This document shows, one piece after another, positions 1 through 12,200 of a DNA stretch of 64,000 bases. The stretch comes from Eledone cirrhosa (taxonomy: Eukaryota). How positions within the stretch are numbered: position 1 is the stretch's first letter; every line of letters starts with the position of its first letter. The DNA is taken from NCBI GenBank assembly GCA_964016885.1, contig OZ024743.1, forward strand, positions 233,864,001 through 233,928,000, given 5' to 3'. Under the pieces are notes generated by a model that saw nothing but the letters and a program-made list of their open reading frames with translations, was not told where the DNA came from and made no database searches. Made by a program: the position numbers and the translations under genes.

Positions 1-208
1 CATTTTTGGATTCGTTTTCTTCGAAGCACACCATTCGCCGGCGGACTTTGTTGACGTTTAACACGGTTTGGTTCCACAGCCACAACTATTGATTTTACGG
101 AGATATCTTCCTGAAATTCACGCCACACATAGCCAATGAGTGTCTGCACATGTACCAGTAATTACAGATCGATCCGACCACGGGCGGCCGGTTTGCGATT
201 GAAAAGGT

Positions 209-275
209 AACTCCGCCGGCAAATCGTCATTTTTGGATTCGTTTTCTTCGAAGCACACCATTCGCCGGCGGACTT
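209..275. repeat. Imperfect 16-bp inverted repeat with a 35-nt spacer, recurring every 227 bp
   Basis: The reverse complement of 209-224 (AACTCCGCCGGCAAAT) is ATTTGCCGGCGGAGTT. 260-275 reads ATTCGCCGGCGGACTT, a 14/16 match with a perfect 9-bp core TCCGCCGGC/GCCGGCGGA. Confidence 0.9.
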
Positions 276-3200
276 TGTTGACGTTTAACACGGTTTGGTT
301 CCACAGCCACAACTATTGATTTTACGGAGATATCTTGCTGAAATTCACGCCACACATAGCCAATGAGTGTCTGCACATGTACCAGTAATTACAGATCGAT
401 CCGACCACGGGCGGCCGGCCCGCGATTGAAAAGGTAACTCCGCCGGCAAATCGTCATTTTTGGATTCGTTTTCTTCGAAGCACACCATTCGCCGGCGGAC
501 TTTGTTGACGTTTAACACGGTTTGGTTCCACAGCCACAACTATTGATTTTACGGAGATATCTTGCTGAAATTCACGCCACACATAGCCAATGAGTGTCTG
601 CACATGTACCAGTAATTACAGATCGATCCGACCACGGGCGGCCGGCCCGCGATTGAAAAGGTAACTCCGCCGGCAAATCGTCATTTTTGGATTCGTTTTC
701 TTCGAAGCACACCATTCGCCGGCGGACTTTGTTGACGTTTAACACGGTTTGGTTCCACAGCCACAACTATTGATTTTACGGAGATATCTTGCTGAAATTC
801 ACGCCACACATAGCCAATGAGTGTCTGCACATGTACCAGTAATTACAGATCGATCCGACCACGGGCGGCCGGCCCGCGATTGAAAAGGTAACTCCGCCGG
901 CAAATCGTCATTTTTGGATTCGTTTTCTTCGAAGCACACCATTCGCCGGCGGACTTTGTTGACGTTTAACACGGTTTGGTTCCACAGCCACAACTATTGA
1001 TTTTACGGAGATATCTTGCTGAAATTCACGCCACACATAGCCAATGAGTCTCTGCACATGTACCAGTAATTACAGATCGATCCGACCACGGGCGGTCGGT
1101 TTGCGATTGAAAAGGTAACTCCGCCGGCAAATCGTCATTTTTGGATTCGTTTTCTTCGAAGCACACCATTCGCCGGCGGACTTTGTTGACGTTTAAGACG
1201 GTTTGGTTCCACAGCCACAACTATTGATTTTACGGAGATATCTTCCTGAAATTCACGCCACACATAGCCAATGAGTGTCTGCACATGTACCAGTAATTAC
1301 AGATCGATCCGACCACGGGCGGCCGGCCCGCGATTGAAAAGGTAACTCCGCCGGCAAATCGTCATTTTTGGATTCGTTTTCTTCGAAGCACACCATTCGC
1401 CGGCGGACTTTGTTGACGTTTAACACGGTTTGGTTCCACAGCCACAACTATTGATTTTACGGAGATATCTTGCTGAAATTCACGCCACACATAGCCAATG
1501 AGTGTCTGCACATGTACCAGTAATTACAGATCGATCCGACCACGGGCGGCCGGCCCGCGATTGAAAAGGTAACTCCGCCGGCAAATCGTCATTTTTGGAT
1601 TCGTTTTCTTCGAAGCACACCATTCGCCGGCGGACTTTGTTGACGTTTAACACGGTTTGGTTCCACAGCCACAACTATTGATTTTACGGAGATATCTTGC
1701 TGAAATTCACGCCACACATAGCCAATGAGTGTCTTCACATGTACCAGTAATTACAGATCGATCCGACCACGGGCGGCCGGCCCGCGATTGAAAAGGTAAC
1801 TCCGCCGGCAAATCGTCATTTTTGGATTCGTTTTCTTCGAAGCACACCATTCGCCGGCGGACTTTGTTGACGTTTAACACGGTTTGGTTCCACAGCCACA
1901 ACTATTGATTTTACGGAGATATCTTGCTGAAATTCACGCCACACATAGCCAATGAGTCTCTGCACATGTACCATTAATTACAGATCGATCCGACCACGGG
2001 CGGTCGGTTTGCGATTGAAAAGGTAACTCCGCCGGCAAATCGTCATTTTTGGATTCGTTTTCTTCGAAGCACACCATTCGCCGGCTGACTTTGTTGACGT
2101 TTAACACGGTTTGGTTCCACAGCCACAACTATTGATTTTAAGGAGATATCTTGCTGAAATTCACGCCACACATAGCCAATGAGTGTCTGCACAGGTACCA
2201 GTAATTACAGATCGATCCGACCACGGGCGGCCGGCCCGCGATTGAAAAGGTAACTCCGCCGGCAAATCGTCATTTTTGGATTCGTTTTCTTCGAAGCACA
2301 CCATTCGCCGGCGGACTTTGTTGACGTTTAACACGGTTTGGTTCCACAGCCACAACTATTGATTTTACGGAGATATCTTGCTGAAATTCACGCCACACAT
2401 AGCCAATGAGTGTCTGCACATGTATCAGTAATTACAGATCGATCCGACCACGGGCGGCCGGCCCGCGATTGAAAAGGTAACTCCGCCGGCAAATCGTCAT
2501 TTTTGGATTCGTTTTCTTCGAAGCACACCATTCGCCGGCGGACTTTGTTGACGTTTAACACGGTTTGGTTCCACAGCCACAACTATTGATTTTACGGAGA
2601 TATCTTGCTGAAATTCACGCCACACATAGCCAATGAGTGTCTGCACATGTACCAGTAATTACAGATCGATCCGACCACGGGCGGCCGGCCCGCGATTGAA
2701 AAGGTAACTCCGCCGGCAAATCGTCATTTTTGGATTCGTTTTCTTCGAAGCACACCATTCGCCGGCTGACTTTGTTGATGTTTAACACGGTTTGGTTCCA
2801 CAGCCACAACTATTGATTTTAAGGAGATATCTTGCTGAAATTCACGCCACACATAGCCAATGAGTGTCTGCACAGGTACCAGTAATTACAGATCGATCCG
2901 ACCACGGGCGGCCGGCCCGCTATTAAAAAGGTAACTCCGCCGGCAAATCGTCATTTTTGGATTCGTTTTCTTCGAAGCACACCATTCGCCGGCGGACTTT
3001 GTTGACGTTTAACACGGTTTGGTTCCACAGCCACAACTATTGATTTTACGGAGATATCTTGCTGAAATTCACGCCACACATAGCCAATGAGTGTCTGCAC
3101 ATGTACCAGTAATTACCGATCGATCCGACCACGGGCGGCCGGCCCGCGATTGAAAAGGTAACTCCGCCGGCAAATCGTCATTTTTGGATTCGTTTTCTTC

Positions 3201-6200
3201 GAAGCACACCATTCGCCGGCGGACTTTGTTGACGTTTAACACGGTTTGGTTCCACAGCCACAACTATTGATTTTACGGAGATATCTTGCTGAAATTCACG
3301 CCACACATAGCCAATGAGTGTCTGCACATGTACCAGTAATTACAGATCGATCCGACCACGGGCGGTCGGTTTGCGATTGAAAAGGTAACTCCGCCGGCAA
3401 ATCGTCATTTTTGGATTCGTTTTCTTCGAAGCACACCATTCGCCGGCTGACTTTGTTGACGTTTAACACGGTTTGGTTCCACAGCCACAACTATTGATTT
3501 TACGGAGATATCTTGCTGAAATTCACGCCACACATAGCCAATGAGTGTCTGCACATGTATCAGTAATTACAGATCGATCCGACCACGGGCGGCCGGCCCG
3601 CGATTGAAAAGGTAACTCCGCCGGCAAATCGTCATTTTTGGATTCGTTTTCTTCGAAGCACACCATTCGCCGGCTGACTTTGTTGACGTTTAACACGGTT
3701 TGGTTCCACAGCCACAACTATTGATTTTACGGAGATATCTTGCTGAAATTCACGCCACACATAGCCAATGAGTGTCTGCACATGTACCAGTAATTACAAA
3801 TCGATCCGACCACGGGCGGCCGGCCCGCGATTGAAAAGGTAACTCTGCCGGCAAATCGTCATTTTTGGATTCGTTTTCTTCGAAGCACACCATTCGCCGG
3901 CGGACTTTGTTGACGTTTAACACGGTTTGGTTCCACAGCCACAACTATTGATTTTACGGAGATATCTTGCTGAAATTCACGCCACACATAGCCAATGAGT
4001 GTCTGCACATGTACCAGTAATTACAGATCGATCCGACCACGGGCGGTCGGTTTGCGATTGAAAAGGTAACTCCGCCGGCAAATCGTCATTTTTGGATTCG
4101 TTTTCTTCGAAGCACACCATTCGCCGGCTGACTTTGTTGACGTTTAACACGGTTTGGTTCCACAGCCACAACTATTGATTTTACGGAGATATCTTGCTGA
4201 AATTCACGCCACACATAGCCAATGAGTGTCTGCACATGTACCAGTAATTACAGATCGATCCGACCACGGGCGGTCGGTTTGCGATTGAAAAGGTAACTCC
4301 GCCGGCAAATCGTCATTTTTGGATTCGTTTTCTTCGAAGCACACCATTCGCCAGCTGACTTTGTTGACGTTTAACACGGTTTGGTTCCACAGCCACAACT
4401 ATTGATTTTAAGGAGATATCTTGCTGAAATTCACGCCACACATAGCCAATGAGTGTCTGCACATGTACCAGTAATTACAGATCGATCCGACCACGGGCGG
4501 CCGGCCCGCGATTGAAAAGGTAACTCCGCCGGCAAATCGTCATTTTTGGATTCGTTTTCTTCGAAGCACACCATTCGCCGGCGGACTTTGTTGACGTTTA
4601 ACACGGTTTGGTTCCACAGCCACAACTATTGATTTTACGGAGATATCTTGCTGAAATTCACGCCACACATAGCCAATGAGTGTCTTCACATGTACCAGTA
4701 ATTACAGATCGATCCGACCACGGGCGGCCGGCCCGCGATTGAAAAGGTAACTCCGCCGGCAAATCGTCATTTTTGGATTCGTTTTCTTCGAAGCACACCA
4801 TTCGCCGGCGGACTTTGTTGACGTTTAACACGGTTTGGTTCCACAGCCACAACTATTGATTTTACGGAGATATCTTGCTGAAATTCACGCCACACATAGC
4901 CAATGAGTCTCTGCACATGTACCATTAATTACAGATCGATCCGACCACGGGCGGTCGGTTTGCGATTGAAAAGGTAACTCCGCCGGCAAATCGTCATTTT
5001 TGGATTCGTTTTCTTCGAAGCACACCATTCGCCGGCTGACTTTGTTGACGTTTAACACGGTTTGGTTCCACAGCCACAACTATTGATTTTAAGGAGATAT
5101 CTTGCTGAAATTCACGCCACACATAGCCAATGAGTGTCTGCACAGGTACCAGTAATTACAGATCGATCCGACCACGGGCGGCCGGCCCGCGATTGAAAAG
5201 GTAACTCCGCCGGCAAATCGTCATTTTTGGATTCGTTTTCTTCGAAGCACACCATTCGCCGGCGGACTTTGTTGACGTTTAACACGGTTTGGTTCCACAG
5301 CCACAACTATTGATTTTACGGAGATATCTTGCTGAAATTCACGCCACACATAGCCAATGAGTGTCTGCACATGTATCAGTAATTACAGATCGATCCGACC
5401 ACGGGCGGCCGGCCCGCGATTGAAAAGGTAACTCCGCCGGCAAATCGTCATTTTTGGATTCGTTTTCTTCGAAGCACACCATTCGCCGGCTGACTTTGTT
5501 GACGTTTAACACGGTTTGGTTCCACAGCCACAACTATTGATTTTAAGGAGATATCTTGCTGAAATTCACGCCACACATAGCCAATGAGTGTCTGCACAGG
5601 TACCAGTAATTACAGATCGATCCGACCACGGGCGGCCGGCCCGCGATTGAAAAGGTAACTCCGCCGGCAAATCGTCATTTTTGGATTCGTTTTCTTCGAA
5701 GCACACCATTCGCCGGCGGACTTTGTTGACGTTTAACACGGTTTGGTTCCACAGCCACAACTATTGATTTTACGGAGATATCTTGCTGAAATTCACGCCA
5801 CACATAGCCAATGAGTGTCTGCACATGTATCAGTAATTACAGATCGATCCGACCACGGGCGGCCGGCCCGCGATTGAAAAGGTAACTCCGCCGGCAAATC
5901 GTCATTTTTGGATTCGTTTTCTTCGAAGCACACCATTCGCCGGCGGACTTTGTTGACGTTTAACACGGTTTGGTTCCACAGCCACAACTATTGATTTTAC
6001 GGAGATATCTTGCTGAAATTCACGCCACACATAGCCAATGAGTGTCTGCACATGTACCAGTAATTACAGATCGATCCGACCACGGGCGGCCGGCCCGCGA
6101 TTGAAAAGGTAACTCCGCCGGCAAATCGTCATTTTTGGATTCGTTTTCTTCGAAGCACACCATTCGCCGGCTGACTTTGTTGATGTTTAACACGGTTTGG

Positions 6201-9200
6201 TTCCACAGCCACAACTATTGATTTTAAGGAGATATCTTGCTGAAATTCACGCCACACATAGCCAATGAGTGTCTGCACAGGTACCAGTAATTACAGATCG
6301 ATCCGACCACGGGCGGCCGGCCCGCTATTGAAAAGGTAACTCCGCCGGCAAATCGTCATTTTTGGATTCGTTTTCTTCGAAGCACACCATTCGCCGGCGG
6401 ACTTTGTTGACGTTTAACACGGTTTGGTTCCACAGCCACAACTATTGATTTTACGGAGATATCTTGCTGAAATTCACGCCACACATAGCCAATGAGTGTC
6501 TGCACATGTACCAGTAATTACAGATCGATCCGACCACGGGCGGCCGGCCCGCGATTGAAAAGGTAACTCCGCCGGCAAATCGTCATTTTTGGATTCGTTT
6601 TCTTCGAAGCACACCATTCGCCGGCGGACTTTGTTGACGTTTAACACGGTTTGGTTCCACAGCCACAACTATTGATTTTACGGAGATATCTTGCTGAAAT
6701 TCACGCCACACATAGCCAATGAGTGTCTGCACATGTACCAGTAATTACAGATCGATCCGACCACGGGCGGTCGGTTTGCGATTGAAAAGGTAACTCCGCC
6801 GGCAAATCGTCATTTTTGGATTCGTTTTCTTCGAAGCACACCATTCGCCGGCTGACTTTGTTGACGTTTAACACGGTTTGGTTCCACAGCCACAACTATT
6901 GATTTTACGGAGATATCTTGCTGAAATTCACGCCACACATAGCCAATGAGTGTCTGCACATGTATCAGTAATTACAGATCGATCCGACCACGGGCGGCCG
7001 GCCCGCGATTGAAAAGGTAACTCCGCCGGCAAATCGTCATTTTTGGATTCGTTTTCTTCGAAGCACACCATTCGCCGGCTGACTTTGTTGACGTTTAACA
7101 CGGTTTGGTTCCACAGCCACAACTATTGATTTTACGGAGATATCTTGCTGAAATTCACGCCACACATAGCCAATGAGTGTCTGCACATGTACCAGTAATT
7201 ACAGATCGATCCGACCACGGGCGGTCGGTTTGCGATTGAAAAGGTAACTCCGCCGGCAAATCGTCATTTTTGGATTCGTTTTCTTCGAAGCACACCATTC
7301 GCCAGCTGACTTTGTTGACGTTTAACACGGTTTGGTTCCACAGCCACAACTATTGATTTTAAGGAGATATCTTGCTGAAATTCACGCCACACATAGCCAA
7401 TGAGTGTCTGCACATGTACCAGTAATTACAGATCGATCCGACCACGGGCGGCCGGCCCGCGATTGAAAAGGTAACTCCGCCGGCAAATCGTCATTTTTGG
7501 ATTCGTTTTCTTCGAAGCACACCATTCGCCGGCGGACTTTGTTGACGTTTAACACGGTTTGGTTCCACAGCCACAACTATTGATTTTACGGAGATATCTT
7601 GCTGAAATTCACGCCACACATAGCCAATGAGTGTCTTCACATGTACCAGTAATTACAGATCGATCCGACCACGGGCGGCCGGCCCGCGATTGAAAAGGTA
7701 ACTCCGCCGGCAAATCGTCATTTTTGGATTCGTTTTCTTCGAAGCACACCATTCGCCGGCGGACTTTGTTGACGTTTAACACGGTTTGGTTCCACAGCCA
7801 CAACTATTGATTTTACGGAGATATCTTGCTGAAATTCACGCCACACATAGCCAATGAGTCTCTGCACATGTACCATTAATTACAGATCGATCCGACCACG
7901 GGCGGTCGGTTTGCGATTGAAAAGGTAACTCCGCCGGCAAATCGTCATTTTTGGATTCGTTTTCTTCGAAGCACACCATTCGCCGGCTGACTTTGTTGAC
8001 GTTTAACACGGTTTGGTTCCACAGCCACAACTATTGATTTTAAGGAGATATCTTGCTGAAATTCACGCCACACATAGCCAATGAGTGTCTGCACAGGTAC
8101 CAGTAATTACAGATCGATCCGACCACGGGCGGCCGGCCCGCGATTGAAAAGGTAACTCCGCCGGCAAATCGTCATTTTTGGATTCGTTTTCTTCGAAGCA
8201 CACCATTCGCCGGCGGACTTTGTTGACGTTTAACACGGTTTGGTTCCACAGCCACAACTATTGATTTTACGGAGATATCTTGCTGAAATTCACGCCACAC
8301 ATAGCCAATGAGTGTCTGCACATGTATCAGTAATTACAGATCGATCCGACCACGGGCGGCCGGCCCGCGATTGAAAAGGTAACTCCGCCGGCAAATCGTC
8401 ATTTTTGGATTCGTTTTCTTCGAAGCACACCATTCGCCGGCGGACTTTGTTGACGTTTAACACGGTTTGGTTCCACAGCCACAACTATTGATTTTACGGA
8501 GATATCTTGCTGAAATTCACGCCACACATAGCCAATGAGTGTCTGCACATGTACCAGTAATTACAGATCGATCCGACCACGGGCGGCCGGCCCGCGATTG
8601 AAAAGGTAACTCCGCCGGCAAATCGTCATTTTTGGATTCGTTTTCTTCGAAGCACACCATTCGCCGGCTGACTTTGTTGATGTTTAACACGGTTTGGTTC
8701 CACAGCCACAACTATTGATTTTAAGGAGATATCTTGCTGAAATTCACGCCACACATAGCCAATGAGTGTCTGCACATGTACCAGTAATTACAGATCGATC
8801 CGACCACGGGCGGCCGGCCCGCGATTGAAAAGGTAACTCCGCCGGCAAATCGTCATTTTTGGATTCGTTTTCTTCGAAGCACACCATTCGCCGGCGGACT
8901 TTGTTGACGTTTAACACGGTTTGGTTCCACAGCCACAACTATTGATTTTACGGAGATATCTTGCTGAAATTCACGCCACACATAGCCAATGAGTGTCTGC
9001 ACATGTACCAGTAATTACAGATCGATCCGACCACGGGCGGCCGGCCCGCGATTGAAAAGGTAACTCCGCCGGCAAATCGTCATTTTTGGATTCGTTTTCT
9101 TCGAAGCACACCATTCGCCGGCGGACTTTGTTGACGTTTAACACGGTTTGGTTCCACAGCCACAACTATTGATTTTACGGAGATATCTTGCTGAAATTCA

Positions 9201-12200
9201 CGCCACACATAGCCAATGAGTGTCTTCACATGTACCAGTAATTACAGATCGATCCGACCACGGGCGGCCGGCCCGCGATTGAAAAGGTAACTCCGCCGGC
9301 AAATCGTCATTTTTGGATTCGTTTTCTTCGAAGCACACCATTCGCCGGCGGACTTTGTTGACGTTTAACACGGTTTGGTTCCACAGCCACAACTATTGAT
9401 TTTACGGAGATATCTTGCTGAAATTCACGCCACACATAGCCAATGAGTCTCTGCACATGTACCATTAATTACAGATCGATCCGACCACGGGCGGTCGGTT
9501 TGCGATTGAAAAGGTAACTCCGCCGGCAAATCGTCATTTTTGGATTCGTTTTCTTCGAAGCACACCATTCGCCGGCTGACTTTGTTGACGTTTAACACGG
9601 TTTGGTTCCACAGCCACAACTATTGATTTTAAGGAGATATCTTGCTGAAATTCACGCCACACATAGCCAATGAGTGTCTGCACAGGTACCAGTAATTACA
9701 GATCGATCCGACCACGGGCGGCCGGCCCGCGATTGAAAAGGTAACTCCGCCGGCAAATCGTCATTTTTGGATTCGTTTTCTTCGAAGCACACCATTCGCC
9801 GGCGGACTTTGTTGACGTTTAACACGGTTTGGTTCCACAGCCACAACTATTGATTTTACGGAGATATCTTGCTGAAATTCACGCCACACATAGCCAATGA
9901 GTGTCTGCACATGTATCAGTAATTACAGATCGATCCGACCACGGGCGGCCGGCCCGCGATTGAAAAGGTAACTCCGCCGGCAAATCGTCATTTTTGGATT
10001 CGTTTTCTTCGAAGCACACCATTCGCCGGCGGACTTTGTTGACGTTTAACACGGTTTGGTTCCACAGCCACAACTATTGATTTTACGGAGATATCTTGCT
10101 GAAATTCACGCCACACATAGCCAATGAGTGTCTGCACATGTACCAGTAATTACAGATCGATCCGACCACGGGCGGCCGGCCCGCGATTGAAAAGGTAACT
10201 CCGCCGGCAAATCGTCATTTTTGGATTCGTTTTCTTCGAAGCACACCATTCGCCGGCTGACTTTGTTGATGTTTAACACGGTTTGGTTCCACAGCCACAA
10301 CTATTGATTTTAAGGAGATATCTTGCTGAAATTCACGCCACACATAGCCAATGAGTGTCTGCACAGGTACCAGTAATTACAGATCGATCCGACCACGGGC
10401 GGCCGGCCCGCTATTGAAAAGGTAACTCCGCCGGCAAATCGTCATTTTTGGATTCGTTTTCTTCGAAGCACACCATTCGCCGGCGGACTTTGTTGACGTT
10501 TAACACGGTTTGGTTCCACAGCCACAACTATTGATTTTACGGAGATATCTTGCTGAAATTCACGCCACACATAGCCAATGAGTGTCTGCACATGTACCAG
10601 TAATTACAGATCGATCCGACCACGGGCGGCCGGCCCGCGATTGAAAAGGTAACTCCGCCGGCAAATCGTCATTTTTGGATTCGTTTTCTTCGAAGCACAC
10701 CATTCGCCGGCGGACTTTGTTGACGTTTAACACGGTTTGGTTCCACAGCCACAACTATTGATTTTACGGAGATATCTTGCTGAAATTCACGCCACACATA
10801 GCCAATGAGTGTCTGCACATGTACCAGTAATTACAGATCGATCCGACCACGGGCGGCCGGCCCGCGATTGAAAAGGTAACTCCGCCGGCAAATCGTCATT
10901 TTTGGATTCGTTTTCTTCGAAGCACACCATTCGCCGGCGGACTTTGTTGACGTTTAACACGGTTTGGTTCCACAGCCACAACTATTGATTTTACGGAGAT
11001 ATCTTGCTGAAATTCACGCCACACATAGCCAATGAGTGTCTGCACATGTACCAGTAATTACAGATCGATCCGACCACGGGCGGCCGGCCCGCGATTGAAA
11101 AGGTAACTCCGCCGGCAAATCGTCATTTTTGGATTCGTTTTCTTCGAAGCACACCATTCGCCGGCTGACTTTGTTGATGTTTAACACGGTTTGGTTCCAC
11201 AGCCACAACTATTGATTTTAAGGAGATATCTTGCTGAAATTCACGCCACACATAGCCAATGAGTGTCTGCACAGGTACCAGTAATTACAGATCGATCCGA
11301 CCACGGGCGGCCGGCCCGCTATTGAAAAGGTAACTCCGCCGGCAAATCGTCATTTTTGGATTCGTTTTCTTCGAAGCACACCATTCGCCGGCGGACTTTG
11401 TTGACGTTTAACACGGTTTGGTTCCACAGCCACAACTATTGATTTTACGGAGATATCTTGCTGAAATTCACGCCACACATAGCCAATGAGTGTCTGCACA
11501 TGTACCAGTAATTACAGATCGATCCGACCACGGGCGGCCGGCCCGCGATTGAAAAGGTAACTCCGCCGGCAAATCGTCATTTTTGGATTCGTTTTCTTCG
11601 AAGCACACCATTCGCCGGCGGACTTTGTTGACGTTTAACACGGTTTGGTTCCACAGCCACAACTATTGATTTTACGGAGATATCTTGCTGAAATTCACGC
11701 CACACATAGCCAATGAGTGTCTTCACATGTACCAGTAATTACAGATCGATCCGACCACGGGCGGCCGGCCCGCGATTGAAAAGGTAACTCCGCCGGCAAA
11801 TCGTCATTTTTGGATTCGTTTTCTTCGAAGCACACCATTCGCCGGCGGACTTTGTTGACGTTTAACACGGTTTGGTTCCACAGCCACAACTATTGATTTT
11901 ACGGAGATATCTTGCTGAAATTCACGCCACACATAGCCAATGAGTCTCTGCACATGTACCATTAATTACAGATCGATCCGACCACGGGCGGTCGGTTTGC
12001 GATTGAAAAGGTAACTCCGCCGGCAAATCGTCATTTTTGGATTCGTTTTCTTCGAAGCACACCATTCGCCGGCTGACTTTGTTGACGTTTAACACGGTTT
12101 GGTTCCACAGCCACAACTATTGATTTTAAGGAGATATCTTGCTGAAATTCACGCCACACATAGCCAATGAGTGTCTGCACAGGTACCAGTAATTACAGAT

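Noticed and set aside
10-50. CENP-B box (TTCG-N4-A-N2-CGGG) suggested by TTCGTT and TTCGCC
   Set aside because: The required A and CGGG are not at the correct spacing after any TTCG.
181-220. G-quadruplex in the GC-rich segment
   Set aside because: There is only one GGG run per strand here, so the canonical four-run motif is not met.
1-227. 5S rDNA or tRNA gene array
   Set aside because: I see no recognisable 5S sequence, box A/C or box B, and no cloverleaf on either strand. An Rfam scan would settle this.
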